In this document: positions 11,241 through 25,194 of the stretch, one piece after another | How the letters are laid out: each line of letters begins with the position of its first letter | Position numbering within the stretch: position 1 is the first letter of the stretch | Origin: Octopus sinensis | Lineage: Eukaryota | Assembly (NCBI RefSeq): GCF_006345805.1 | Contig: NC_043003.1 | Span: 47,988,001 to 48,052,000, forward strand | DNA length: 64,000 bases | Direction: 5' to 3' | Notes under the pieces: model-generated | Databases searched by the model: none | Seen by the model: the letters and a program-made list of their open reading frames with translations, nothing else | What the model was told of the DNA's origin: nothing | Made by a program: the position numbers and the translations under genes

Positions 11241-12287
11241 GATATATATATATATATAGTACAAAAACATATACACATATAAACAAACTTACAAAGTAAA
11301 GAGAAAAGCAAAATATGATTATAATTATTAAGTCAGGAAGAATATTGTCATAATTATGTCTATCATTATCCCTACTAACCACACCTAATCTGCAATTAAA
11401 ATGATCATTAATATCATCTCAACTTGCACCAAAATCAACAATGAAATTGACTCTGCAAGAATGACAGATATGCTGTAAACAGTAGCCAAATTCTGAGTCA
11501 CATTCAACTCCCTTTGATAGGGATACATCGGATAATGTAATCTTAAATACAGTATGTCTGGGGTGTTGGGGGTGTGGCAGAGAAATGAGAGATGGTTATG
11601 GTTAGAGCAACTTTAATCAAAGGTCTGCTTAACTGAAGTGAACCAGAACAAGGCTGCTGCACCAGCAACAATAACAATAACAGAAGTAACATCACTGAAG
11701 GTGCCTCTAAAAGATCACTTGATCTGTTCGAAACAGCAGCCAAATATTACTCAATATATACCCAACAGTCAGTCTTGAAGGGTTATGCATTTAATAATGT
11801 ATTCCAAGACATAGTATGCCTGAAAATCAGGTGGGATAGACATAGTTGGAATGTTTTTGACCATAGGCTTCCCTGATCAAGACTGTCTTGGAACAAAACA
11901 TCAACAACACTTTCGACACTATCAACACTCCAACTACCACCAACACCACTATCTACAACAGCATTAACCTCATGTGAACAAGGGAACTTCTACATGGTCG
12001 CTCACCCTGCTAGAAATAGCAACCACACACTACCCTCTTAGAAACAGACACAAACGGTAATGCAGTTTGGAGTACAGGGGTGGAGAAAAGCAACAAAAAA
12101 AAAGAGAGTGAGGGGTCATCATAGCTTGATTACTTTTGATCACCTTGAGCTAATTAAGGCTAATCAATAACATCGTTATCACCATCCACTACCATATTAC
12201 CATAAATACAGCCTTTACATCTCCCACCATCTTCACGACTGACTTCATATCTACCACCACCACCATCATCATTACTACCAACAAATC

Positions 12288-12436
12288 AGTGTATAACTGG
12301 TACTTATTTAATCGACCCCGAAAGGATGAAAGGCAAAGTCGACCTCGGCAGAATTTGAACTCAGAATGTATCGGCAGATGAAATACTGCTAAGCATTTCG
12401 CCTGGCGTGCTAACGTTTCTACCAGCTTGCCGCCAT
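12288..12436 (-). mobile_element. SINE family B
   Basis: Reverse complement of the 31968 copy. Confidence 0.85.
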
Positions 12437-14225
12437 CAACCAAACCATGTTCACCACAGATTTATCATACAATCAACACGAGCACCAAAACCATAATTAT
12501 GTCAAAGTTGTAAGTTGCATAGGTAAGATAGAAGGGGTACAAAAGCAGAAGGGGTTTGTTAATGAGGTCATGATCATGAAGACCCAAGTAGAACACGGAG
12601 AATAAGAAGTCGATCCCCAATGACTATATCACTTCCAGTCACCTTAAAAAGTAACAACTACTTTCATTACATACAGCACACACACACATACAAAGAAGGC
12701 ATTATTACTTGTCTTGAAGTCCCATCCAACACCACCAGTCACCATAATCACCAAAGCCACCAATAATTCCACAACAATAAACCATTACTAAGCCCACTGC
12801 TACAACCCTTATCCCCATAACGACTACAACGACCGCAGCTGCCGCCGCCGCCGCCACCACCACCACCAGTTTGCTTGCTCCTGCAATCACATCTTTTTTA
12901 TACAGCCATTTACTCACTTTCTTTCAACAACAGTAGTGACATATGACTCACTTCAGATTTACAGGTTGTCTGAGTCATGACATGACCTGCATTTCCTTCT
13001 TCAGTCATTGTCATGAGGCTGGATCAGTCACTCAGATATGACAGAACCTTGACAGCCCAATTTTGAATCATGCCACACTACACCAACACTCTAAGAAGCT
13101 CTGACTTTCTACAAGTCAACTTTAATTTGCTGGCCAATCCTAAGACACTATCACAAGAAGACTGGTTTTTAGTCTCTGCCTGTACCTCTGCCAGAAATCC
13201 TAGCCTTTCATCCAACCCCAATCTTACTATCCACTCCTTATTCAAAACTCCCTATCTCAACCAACCTTGATCTTAGATGACGTCCTGAAACTTCATTCAA
13301 TATGAAACCATTTCAGTTTATTCTTTACTCTCAAATCTTTGGCTAACAGTCACATTTATTCAAGTGAACACTGAGTGTGTTGCATCATCACCAATCTCTG
13401 AAGTCTTATGAATCTCTAAAGTCTTATGAAGCCATAAACTGCAGACACTCAGATGCCTGGATTCTTCATCTATCACACCAACACAAGTTCTACAACCAAA
13501 GGAGATTTATTTTCATCTATAGTAGTAGTAGTAGTAGTAGTAGTAGTTGTTGTTTTACTTATGTTTTATTGCTATTGTTTAACTCCAAATTTACTCTGAT
13601 CAAACAAACATATGATCAAATGTGTTCCAGTCATGACCACCCAGTCTTTTACTTACAGACACAGTGTATCTAGGTCACCATTGTCCAATGTGGCCTTCCT
13701 TCTTTTTAAAACTGCAGAATGTTACTTAAAGATAATTAGGTCACTATTTCTAGCAGCTTGAACAATTAGACAGAGGCTCATTACTTGTGTGCATTATACA
13801 TAAGTGTAAAGTTATGTACTTGTGTGCTATATGCATTAAAATGACCATGTGTCTATGTGATTGTAAATGGATAGTGTGTGCACTCTGTACTTTTGAATAT
13901 GTGTTTATGTTCATATATGAATGTGTGAGTGTACATGTGTAAATACAATCCTTATATACAGTTGTAAGTACATGTGCATGTATGCATTCAGTAACCATGT
14001 TTGATTGCATATAAGATGTACTTGTTTTTCCAAAAATGTCCCCCAAAATCACCCTGGGGCTTATATGTAAATCTGGACTGTCAATAAGCAAATTTTGTCC
14101 GTGAATGCCCTAAATACTTTTTTCCCCCAAATATGTGCAGCTGAAATTTAAGTGATGCCCCAGCATGGTCGCAGCTCTGTAACTGAAACTAGTAAAAGAG
14201 TTTCTCATATGCCCGTGCATATTTC

Positions 14226-14630
14226 ATGCCATCTAATACAGTACATGTGTGCATGTGTGTATGTGTGAGTGTGCATACGCATGTGTGTATGTGTGAGTGT
14301 GCATGCACATGTGTATGTGTGAGTGTGTGCAAGCGCATGTGTGTATGTGTGAGTGTGCATGCACATGTGTATGTGTGAGTGTGTGCAAGTGCATGTGTGT
14401 ATGTGTGAGTGTGCATGCACATGTGTGTATGTGTGAGTGTGCATGCACATGTGTGTATGTGTGAGTGTGCATGTGTATGTGTGTGCAAGTGCATGTGTGT
14501 ATGTGTGAGTGTGTATGTGTGAGTGTGCATGCGCATGTGTGTATGTGTGAGTGTGCAAGCGCATGTGTGTATGTGTGAGTGTACATGCGCATGTGTGTAT
14601 GTGTGAGTGTGCATGCACATGTGTGTGTGT
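14226..14630. repeat. Complex (TG)-derived minisatellite, ~26-28-bp unit atgtgtgagtgtgcatgcacatgtgtgt
   Basis: Seen: about 14 tandem units; source of the His/Thr-rich ORF artefacts. Confidence 0.9.
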
Positions 14631-14684
14631 CTGTCAATAAATGAATGTGTTTGTGCATGTATGTTTGTTGACAAATGTATATGC

Positions 14685-14726
<42 letters not shown>

Positions 14727-15501
14727 ATATATGTGTATGTGTGTGTGTGTAATCAAAACTTCAGTAAGAGAAAGAATAATTGTATACATATCAATTATAT
14801 GAGTTTACATATATTTAATCAGCTTCTTACTTTGTAACTAATTCCCTATATCTCCCTATCTGGATGATTTTAAGTCTATTTATTCACCTGGTCATCTTCC
14901 ACCTCTCTCCTTTTCTCTAACTAGCAACCATTTTAAAATATCTTCCAAGCTTATTTCTCCTCACTCTACTTCACCCAACATCTCTCTCTCTCTCTTCAAC
15001 TTAAAAACTGTCTTCTATTTCTTTCATTCTTTTCCTTTCTCGTTTTGTATGTGTGTGTGAGTACATATACATACACACACATATATATATATATCTATAA
15101 ATACATACCATATACACATTTACAAACAACACACACACATAAACACACACATATACATAAACACATATGTTCAGAATACCAGTTAAGGGAGAAGAAAACT
15201 GCCCAGCAGCTAATGTCATCTGCACACATAAGCCAAGTCACCAAGACACGCAGCACTATTAAAACAACAACACTCACGTGTTAATTAACTGATGTCTGCA
15301 CATGAAGCTACACTAGAATGATTGTAGAAAAGTTCTCTCTCTCTCTCTCTGTCTCTCTCACACACACACACATGCACACACATACATACACACACATACA
15401 CACACACACACACACACACATGCACGTGTATAGTGATTTATAAAAGTACTATATGTATAATGTGTATATTAGTAAATATACATTTGCCTTACTCTTTTAC
15501 T

Positions 15502-15885
15502 CCTTTACTTGTTTCAGTCATTTGACTGTGGCCATGCTGAAGCACCACCTTTAGTCGAGCAAACTGACCTCAGGATTTATTCTTTGTAAGCCTAGTACTT
15601 ATTCTATCGGTCTCCTTTGCCGAACTGCTAAGTTATGGGGATGTAAACACACCAGAATCGGTTGTTAAGCGATGTTGGCGTGACAAACAGACACACAAAC
15701 ATATACACACACATACATATATATATATACATATATACGATGGGCTTCTTTCATTTTCCGTCTACCAAATCCCCTCACAAGGCTTTGGTTGGCCCGAGGC
15801 TATAGTAGAAGACACTTGCCCAAGGTGCCACACAGTGGGACTGAACCCAGAACCATGTGGTTCGTAAGCAAGCTACTTATCACAC
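15502..15885 (-). mobile_element. SINE family A, full length
   Basis: As 6488-6890. Confidence 0.9.
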
Positions 15886-16489
15886 AGTTGACTGTAGTTA
15901 AACCAGTTTTTATTTTCCTCTCAGTGACCAGGGAGGGAGAGCAGTCACTAATTCTTTTATCTAAGCGAGAAATTACAGGAAAAGTTCCTATTAAAGAGCA
16001 AACCACTGTAGCTATTAGTTATTGGGTTGTAGAAATGCTTTGATAGGATTCCACATTCTGTAGTCTATATAATAAAACTGGGTGTAAATGAAGGGTTTTC
16101 CAGAGTTATGTAAGCCATATACAAAGATGCTCTTGGCCAGGTGAGTTAACAATGAGTGCATTAAAGAAAATAGTGTGCATGTATGTTTCCATCAGGACTT
16201 GGTTCTCAGCTCTGCCCTGTTAGATATAGTTGTCTAGGCCATGGCCTGGACAACAGAAGAGGTTATGGTCAACTGTCCATGAGAATGCTTGTATACTAAT
16301 GACCTACATGTAGCCAAACATGTCAAAGAATTAGGGAAAATATTTCAAAGAGGAGCAGAGCTTGGAATGGTGTTTCTGAAGGTGAGTTACATGCTACCAG
16401 TGAGGCATAGGATTTCAGAATGGAGTGTTAGTAAATAAAGCAGAAGATGAGTTGATAGGGTGATGGGCCACACATTCCAGAACATATGG

Positions 16490-16960
16490 TGTGGTCAATT
16501 GCACCCTGTGGTAATGACCACAATGGTGTTTCTGTGGAGAATGGCCAGCAAAACTTGTTGCAGCACCCAATCTACCTTGTGGGGTTCATTTCTTAGGCAG
16601 GCTGCTGTTGTCCCAATTTTGCAGAGGCAATCAGTAGCACAGGGTCCAAGAACATTTGACATCTTGATGGTGATTGGCATAAGCTGATAGCGGCTGGTTG
16701 GGCCCCTGCATTTATTGATTTTTCTCCACTCCACATTACAGGCAGCAACACCTGAGTTTGCAACCAATGCAAAGCAAGGTAGAAGCTGGAGAATGTGTTA
16801 CTGCATGTCACATCCCAGACTATGGATCTGCCTCCCTTGAAGGCCATTAGACTGAGTTTCAAAAATCTACTCACTGACATACTACAATACAGATACAACA
16901 ACATTTTATCGGTCACTAATGGTCCAGAGCCCCTCATAATCTGCACTAATTTATGAGCAA
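16490..16960 (-). pseudogene. Decayed CRE-type non-LTR retrotransposon C-terminus (restriction-like endonuclease)
   Basis: Two frames join: GRSIVWDVTCSNTFSSFY / ANSGVAACNVEWRKINK...YQLMPITIKMSNVLGP...LQQVLLAILHRNTIVV, matching the CRE pattern GxxLVWDxTCxDT...AGxAA..E..K..KY...P...G..G....QR.S.A.QRGN. Confidence 0.7.
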
Positions 16961-17206
16961 GAACCACAAATTCCTGTGATCATCAGACTAGTTTACTGGT
17001 ACCATGCACAGTGCAGTACTAATAAACTTGTACCGTTTATACCGATGTACAAATACCTATATTTTGCTTAATTTCATTCTTTCAACTTTGTCTTGTTTCA
17101 GTCATTGCACTGTGGTCATGCTGGGGCACTGCTTTGAATAATTGAAGTAAATTTAATATTTGTTTCATTTAAGGCAGCAAGCTGGCAGAAATGTTAGCAT
17201 GGAATG

Positions 17207-17600
17207 GCTGTGTGGTAAGTAGCTTGCTAACCAACCACATGGTTCCGGGTTCAGTCCCACTGCGTGGCATCTTGGGCAAGTGTCTTCTGCTATAGCCTCG
17301 GGCCGACCAAAGCCTTGTGAGTGGATTTGGTAGACGGAAACTGAAAGAAGCCTGTCGTATATATGTATATATATGTATGTGTGTGTATATGTTTGTGTGT
17401 CTGTGTTTGTCCCTCTAGCATTGCTTGACAACCGATGCTGGTATGTTTACATCCCCGTCACTTAGCGGTTCAGCAAAAGAGACCGATAGAATAAGTACTT
17501 GGCTTACAAAGAATAAGTCCCGGGGTCGATTTGCTCGACTAAAGGTGGTGCTCCAGCATGGCCACAGTCAAATGACTGAAACAAGTAAAAGAGTAAAGAG
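17207..17600 (+). mobile_element. SINE family A, young full-length copy
   Basis: Near-identical to 56745-57140; CpG-rich; 3' stem-loop cagtc-aaat-gactg (17565-78). Confidence 0.95.
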
Positions 17601-17607
17601 TATGCCG

Positions 17608-17790
17608 GGTGAAATACAGCAGTATTTTGTCTGTCTTTATGTTCTGAGTTTAATTTCCACTAAGGTTGACTTCGCCTTTCATCCTTTCGGAGTCGATAAA
17701 TTCAGTACCAGTTGCGTACTGGAGTCGATCTAATCAACTGGCCCCCTCCCCAAAACTTTCAGGCCTTGTGCCTAGAGTAGAAAAGAATAT
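17608..17790 (+). mobile_element. SINE family B
   Basis: Core ttcgcctttcatcctttcggagtcgataaa and tail gccttgtgcctagagtagaaaagaat. Confidence 0.85.
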
Positions 17791-18389
17791 TTGTTTCATT
17801 TAGAGAATGTCGACCAAGGTAACCACTCCTGTACACAGAGAAAAGGCTCTAGAACCAAGGGTTTTACTCTTCTGAACTAGCCCATTGCCTACTACTCGAT
17901 TCAAGCTCACCCAACATCTTCTTTCTTCCATCTTCTTCAGTTTTGATGTGTCTCACCTTCCTCATCCTACACTGGTAGTCAAGCAGTGGTGGGGGAGTAA
18001 ACACAGAGACAAAGATACACATAAATTTATGTATATTTAATACACACAGACACATGGCAGGCTTCTTTCAGTTTCTGTCTACCAAATCTACTGACAAGGC
18101 TTTGGTTGGCCCTGGGCTACAGATGAAGACACTTGCTCAAGGGGCTATGCAATAATACCAGGACCATGAGGTTGGGTAGCAAATTTCTTACCACACAATC
18201 ACACCTGACTTATATATAAAAAAATTTCAATATTTTTGAGCTGTACCTGTTTGGCAAGTCAATTAACCAGAGAGTATGTAGTGAAACTGAAACTATTACA
18301 TGGTAAAAAGAGATATTTTGGCCATTTAAGAACACACAAAAACTGTTGTATTCAATTTTTGCTTATTTCTTCAAAGTAACATTTATTAT

Positions 18390-18660
18390 CACAGTAGTTG
18401 CAGTATCAACCACACCATCAGATGCTCACAATGCGCTTCCAGTTCTATCTTAGTTGCACTATTGTTTTCCACCTTGACCTGAATTGCTTGACCAAATTGT
18501 CTTCCTATTATCCCGGAGGCCTTTCAAGTGTTGTTTTCCCATATCTTGGATGCCATTCGGCAACTACATGACCCTTTGTGTTGTGGCCAATCAGTATTCT
18601 GTTCTCTTTGTAGCTGATTGTGTTTCACCTGTATATAAGAATGCAGGTAGGATGCGGATA
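18390..18660 (-). pseudogene. Decayed RTE (second lineage) ORF2 C-terminus
   Basis: Translation YTGET...LATTQRVM / VVAEWHPRYGKTTLERPPG**EDNLVKQFRSRW...NWK resembles RTE TQRAM...V.EW.PR.GKR..GRP..RW.D. Confidence 0.55.
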
Positions 18661-18770
18661 TTGCTTTCAGTACTCTGCAATCATTGTTGACTCCGCTCCA
18701 TTCTCGAATAACTTCATTTTAAATTTGCTCTCTTAAATTATGATGATGATGATGATGATAATGATATTCC

Positions 18771-19372
18771 TAGCTGTGCAAAGAATTGCTGATCTCCAAC
18801 TGTGGAGAGAACCTGTGGTAGAGGTAGACCCAGGAAGACATGGGATGAGGTGGTGAAGCATGATCTTCAAACTTTGGGCTTCAAGACCATTGGTGATATG
18901 CTGTGCTTGAAAGACCAGTCAAGCTAAGTGAAAGCATAGTAGCGGCTGATGCTAGTGTCATGTAACTGGCACATAAAAAGCACCTTTCAAGCATTGGGCC
19001 TCACAGAGGCAAAGTAGCCAATGCTGGTGGCACATGAAAAGCTCCTTTCAAGTGCTGGGCCTCATGGAGGCAATGCAAAATGACTGAGACCTTTGGCATT
19101 ATGTTGTGCTTGAGAAGAAGACCCATTAAGCCAAGTGAAATCACAGTCATGGCAGTGACCGGTATCATGCAAATGGCACCCATGCCGGTAGCACGTAAAA
19201 GCACCTGTTACACTCTCAGAGTGGTTGGCATTAGGAAGGGCATCCAGTTGTAGAAACCATACCAAATCAGACTGGAGTCTGGTGCAGCCTTCCAGCTTGC
19301 CAGCCTTAGTCAAACCATCCAACCCATGCCAGTATGGACAATGACCATTGAATGATGATGATGATGATGATG
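18771..19372 (+). mobile_element. 5'-truncated RTE LINE, same family as 7667
   Basis: CGRGRPRKTWDEVVKHDL frame followed by the repeated 3' UTR and (GAT)n tail. Confidence 0.85.
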
Positions 19373-19547
19373 AGGAATCTTTGCATGACCCTTTGCATGA
19401 TTGTAGCAAATCCATGTTTTACCTCTTTGTAGTAGCCAACATCTCACTTGCATATAAGAGCATGGGTAGGACAAGTGTTATAGTAACTATTGTGAAGAAT
19501 CAAAAGGTTTGTTTTACTTCTACAAACTGCTTTATTGATACAAGTCA

Positions 19548-19875
19548 CATGGCTCAGTGATTAGGGCATTAAGTTTACGGCTGTGAGATTGTGAGTTTGA
19601 TGTCCCAGACCAGGCTGTGTGCTGTGTTCTTGAGCAAGACACTTTATTTCATGTTCTTCAGTTCACTCAGCTGTAGAAATGAGTTGTGGTGTCACTGGTG
19701 CCAAACTGTATTGATCTTTGCCTTTCGCTTGGATAACATTAGTGGCATGGAGAGGGGAGGCTGGTATGCATTGGTGACTGCCGTTCTTCCATAAAACAAC
19801 CTTGTCGGACTTGTGCCTCGGAGGGTAATTTTCTAGGTGCAATCCCATGGTCATTCATGACCGAAGAGGGTCTTT
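19548..19875 (+). mobile_element. SINE family C, full length
   Basis: tRNA-like head tggctcagtgattagg...gagtttgat; cttgagcaagacac core; 3' hairpin. Confidence 0.9.
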
Positions 19876-21195
19876 ATTTATATAATTCCAAGTGCAATGC
19901 AATCATGAGCATAACTTGCTTGCAGAAGTGCAAGGAAACTTTTTGATATTAAGAAAACAAAAAGAGAATATAACAGTTTTGTATATTATTAAATGGCTAT
20001 TATGACTTTTGACAATGCAATTACTCCAATATTCACTGTAAACAATCTCATATATTTACATTTTATTTATATAAGCACAGGTATGGCTGTGTGGTAAGAA
20101 GTTTGCTTCCCAACCACATAGTTCCAGGTTCAGTCCCACTGCATGACACATTAGGCAAGTGTCTTTTGCTGAACTACTAAGTTTCATGGACATAAATACA
20201 CCAACACAAACACCTAAGTCTATATCTTATGCACAGAATATCATAAGGCTATAATATTTTATGAACATAATACAGCAATATTTCTTGTATATGATACCAT
20301 ATGCTTATATTTTCTATATACAATACGATATAGCTGAAACCAATACACAAAGAAGAGCACGTGTAAGAAAATAGTGTGAAAATGGAAGCATATCCATGAG
20401 GCTGTACCACCACCACCACCACCACTACCACCACCATCCTCTCTACTGTCACCATCAACATCAGCACTGCCAGGACTGAAAACACAGAAAATTCAACAGA
20501 TGGCAACAACAGTAATGCACGCTGTAGTGATAATTAAACAATTATGCATTTCACTGTTGGCTGCGTCTCAATACAATTATTGTAATACTACAATTGCAAC
20601 AAATGTGACAAAAAAAAAATAAATAAATAAAGGAAGAGAAGAATAAATGAAAACAAACAGCAACAAAAGTAACATACTAACAGAGAAGAAATATGCAAAG
20701 ATGAGTTAAACAGATTGCTGACATAACAGTCCCAAACTGAATACATAGCCATGAGGAAAGGAAAATTTGAAATGATGAAGATTCTGAAATTAGCATCATT
20801 AATTTAATTCACATGCAAATACACACACACACACACAAACACAAATGTACATGCATACACACTATGCATGTGTACATGCATACACATACACACAAATTGT
20901 TATGAAATATTTTAAGACTTATTTTTTTCAAAGAAATTATATTGACTCGTTTGTACAAAACATGCTTGGTAAATCACATGGTTTACTTGTGCTAATTAAG
21001 AAACTCATTTCAGTTACATGGTTTCAGCAAGATAATTGGAAGGGTCTGTTGTTCACATGACTGATGGGAATTAAAGATAATGTAGGAGTAGACACGTGAA
21101 TGAGAATCAGTGTTCACAGATAAGGTAAGGTCCCAGTAAACTAAGTCGGTGATCCTGCTTTTGACTTGTGGTTGTGGGTACTTTACTTTACTTAA

Positions 21196-21416
21196 CCCTT
21201 TCGTTACCAACCCGGCTGAAACCGGCTCTGGCTCTGTAGTACAAATGCCTTGTTTTCATAAGTTATGAAATAAAATCTTCCACCAAACCTTAGTCACAAT
21301 TTATGTTCCTAACACTAGCTTAATGATAACTAAGTTATTTCACGAAATTCTTTGTTATATTTAATGTAATTGAAAGAAACACAGAACCCCTCAAAATAAA
21401 TTCAGTAACGAAAGGG
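21196..21416. mobile_element. piggyBac-type MITE family 1
   Basis: Seen: TTAA|ccctttcgttac ... gtaacgaaaggg|TTAA; perfect 12-bp TIRs and TTAA target duplication. Confidence 0.9.
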
Positions 21417-21485
21417 TTAAGTGGCCAACTCTAAAAATAGCACTTACCAAATCCATCATTTCCCTTCTCACTAGCTACACAAAAG

Positions 21486-22205
21486 ATTAATCCTTTGGCA
21501 TTAAGATTACTCTGTCAAATGTAATGCTTATATAGTCATATTGTTTTGAATTAATCATGCATTATCTTGTAGCTTCAAGATTTTGATGGTGTGAATGTTT
21601 ATTTTTAAAATCACAGTGTAGGGTAGATGTGAGAGGTAAGATCTGGTTCATTTGAAAAGAAAACAGGTGGAAGATTTGGGCCAGATATAGCCAGTTCATC
21701 CCTTTAGCATTTAAACTGGTCATATCCAGCCAAAATAATCTACCTGTTTTATCTTTAAGCTAACCAGATCTGGCCTCTCACACTTCCCTTACAATATTAT
21801 TCTAAAAAAAATGACGCTGCCGTGGTGATCTCATTCTCGCTCACAGCATCATAAGCGGAAAGTGTAACCTCTCGAAAGAGCTGTTCTTCACTCCTGCTCC
21901 AGAGCATCGGCTGTGGGAGCACTCCGAAAAGCTATATCTGCGACGATTTCATCTCAATCGAAGGAGAGGGGCTTTCTCTGTCCGGGTTGTGGATCCGTAG
22001 AATAAGCTGCCGGACAAGATAGTGAAGATGCCGATGACCGCTCAGTTCAAAGTCTCTCTTGACCAGAAATGGCCTGAACTCTTTGCATGAACATCTTCCC
22101 TGTACATAACTCCATGTCCCCCTACATAGCCTTGCTTTTTGCTTTTTGAGCCAAAAAATTAACTTAACTTAACTATAAACAGTCATGTCATTGCTATTCA
22201 AAAGA
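21486..22205. mobile_element. Two piggyBac-type MITE family 2 copies in opposite orientation; the second is split by a CR1 fragment
   Basis: 21486-21700 is the reverse complement of 31378-31598; a forward copy starts at ~21700 (ccctttagcatttaaactgg) and resumes after 22174. Confidence 0.7.
21812..22174 (+). mobile_element. CR1-group LINE 3' end
   Basis: Reads RCRGDLILAHSII...LYLRRFHLNRRRGAFSVRVVDP*NKLPDKIV...FKVSLDQKW; (TTAAC)n tail. Confidence 0.85.
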
Positions 22206-23329
22206 ATGGCCCAATTACAACCTTAGGGTGGTAAATCTAACATACCACTCACTTTATAACATGATTTGGTCCTAGGATGCCTAGAGCTGAGTTCACTTTG
22301 TTGTAAGCCTTCAGCTTTGACTCTGGTTCACTCCCTACTTGCACTTTTCTGGTAGATTTACAATCTCATTAGTTTTGAAAATCACAATTTCATGTAATTT
22401 AATTAAATGAAAGCATGTTTTCATTTAATTAAATTATGCTACAATAATTACATTATTATGTTTTGTTAAGGGACGGAGCTGGCAGAATTATTTGTATGCT
22501 GGGCAAGATGCTTAGTAGCATATCATCTGTCTTTATGTTCTGTGCTGAAATTCCACTGCCTTTCATCCTTTTGCGGGGTCGATAAAATAAGCACTATTGG
22601 GGTCAATGTAAACGACTTGCCCTCTCCCCTAAAATTGCTGGCCTTGTGCCAAAATTTGAAATCTGGGTCCATTCTGTAGTGTTGTTTAGTTGCAGGTCAA
22701 CCCTTATCCAGAAAATCTATAAATAAAGAGTGCTCCAGTTGTGACCATCCCATGTGGCCATTATATATCTAGGATTATGTCATCTAATGAGTCATTAATT
22801 TTGTAAGTTAGTAGGATGCAATTTGAAGATTTAGTTGGTGGTGTTGATATTATTGCACTAAAATAATGTTACTGGTGGAACGATAATGTTGTTTAACCCC
22901 AGGTTAGCCCTAATTAGGCAGACCTAAGATCAAATGTGTTCCATCTTTCGTATTCAAAACTATGTGGTGTATTGAGGGCTATATTACCCAATGTGCTCTT
23001 CCATTTAAAAAATTTTGTCATAATTGTGGGAGAAGAAAATCCCAAAACCCCAGTTTTTAGTAATATGACAGTCATAATAATACAGTTGGTAGGTTGAAAT
23101 GGTTGACCCTTCTTGGAATTGCCTTCATATTCCACCATAGTAAATAAAGTAGAAAAAAAACTTTTTATTTTTTACACTTTTATTGCCAGGATTGTGGCAT
23201 GAGCTAAACCAAAGGTCCAGTCTTCAGTTTTGTGATTGCATTAACAAAATAGTCTTGGTGTTTTTAATATAATATTAAGAAGGGCATCCAGCTATAGAGA
23301 GAGAGAGAGAGAGAGACAGCGCCACCGCC

Positions 23330-23545
23330 ACCACCACCACCGCAACCACTGCCACCACCACCATTTAACATCTGCTATCCATGCTAGCATGGGTTGGATG
23401 ATTTGACTGAGGTCTGGCAAACCAGATGGCTGCACCAGGCTCCAATCTGATCTGGCAGAGTTTCTACAGCCAGATTCCCTTCCTAATGCTAACCACTCCA
23501 AGAGTGTAGTGGGTGCTTTTACGTGCCAGTCAAGCGGTACTGGCA
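23330..23545 (-). mobile_element. RTE 3' UTR fragment
   Basis: ccatgctagcatgggttgga...cttcctaatgctaacc motif. Confidence 0.8.
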
Positions 23546-23859
23546 ATGGCAAATATAGAAATGTATTTCTATTTGTTTACTTTTCCCAGTGAAGCTTATA
23601 ATTTAAGAGCTGTATACACCACACACACATACATGGATGTCCTTATGAATGAAATTTCCGTATATGTTTATAGGCAGATATGTATCTGTTTGTGTGTACA
23701 TGCATGTATGTATTTTGAATGTATGTGTGTGTATATAATCAAACTGTATGTAAATGTGTGTGCATGTGTATGGGTGGAAGGGTGAGTGTATGCATATATA
23801 TATATATATATGATCATATTTTTAGTTTTCATAAATATAGTACCTACTACTGTTCCATA

Positions 23860-24400
23860 TTTATCTGTGATCCTCTTCCCCACTCCTCAGCACTCATCAC
23901 TGACTATTACACAGTCTGCCTTCATTTTGCACACCACTCCTTACATTCTAGTTCTCACAGAGCATCAAAACCTTTTAATTATATCTTTTTTTCAACAAAC
24001 TTTCACAAATCCACCATTTCAACCATTCCTGCCAGCACATTCTTCCATACCACACTGCAGTTGGTCTTGATATCATGTTTATGCTTCTGTGCCATCTCCA
24101 AAGTATAGTTATGTCTTTATTTTCTACTACTATAGCAAGCTTTCGTTCCCATCAATTCTTCTTGTAGTCCAAACTGATGGCGTATGATCCAGCATAAATA
24201 CTGACCAAGTCTATCATGGCATAAGTATACACAGTTGAAGCGAACATAGAGCACCCAGAGATGAAGTGGTGATTTGTTTCTCTGATTGTACCTCAGAAGT
24301 GACAAGTAGGATCAGCACCATCTTTAAGAATGTTGGCTGGATAATTTTTAGTAAGCAGGTGGCATAGTCAGATAATAGCAGTAATAATGGTCCTTCCAAC
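23860..24400 (-). pseudogene. Decayed R4/Dong-type non-LTR element (CCHC knuckle to RLE region)
   Basis: Frameshifted LLTKNYPANILKDGADPTC...ETNHHFISGC...HDRLGQYLCW...VVENKDITILW. Confidence 0.7.
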
Positions 24401-24911
24401 TAAAAGTACAAAGCCTGAAATCTTGGGGGAGGGGCTAGTCGATTATATCGACACCAGTGTGTAACTGGTACTTTTTCATTGGTCCCTAAAGGATGAAAGG
24501 CAAAGTCGACCTCAGCATGATAATTATTTGGTTGGCATTAGGAAGGGCATCCAGCCGTAGAAACACTGCCAGATCTGACTGGGCCTGACGAAGCCTTCCA
24601 GCTTCACAGACGCCAGTTGACCCGTCCAACCCATGCTAGCATGGAAAACGGACGCTAAACGATGATGATGATGATGATGATGATTACCTCTGCCTTTGCT
24701 AAGGCAGAGGTATTGTTTTTCAATCGTGTTTGTTTGTTTGTCTGTGGATAAGATATCTCAAGAACCATTGGATGGATTTGGATGAAATTTTCAGGGATGT
24801 TTGGCCTCAAGACTGACACGAACTGATTAGATTTTGGAATTGATCCGATACTGAACAAGGATTCTGGATTATTTTTTTTGTTTTTTTACTTATATCTATC
24901 TATATATATAT

Positions 24912-24981
<70 letters not shown>

Positions 24982-25194
24982 ATATGTTTGTGTGTCTGTG
25001 TTTGTCCCCCCCAATATCGCTTGACAACCAATGCTGGTGTGTTTATGTCCCTGTAACTTAGTGGTTCAGCAAAAGAGTCCGATAGAATAAGTACTAGGCT
25101 TACAAAGAATAAGCCCTGGAGTTGATTTGCTTGACTAAAGGTGATGCTCCAGCATGGCCACAGTCAAATGACTGAAACAAGTAAAAGAGTAATC

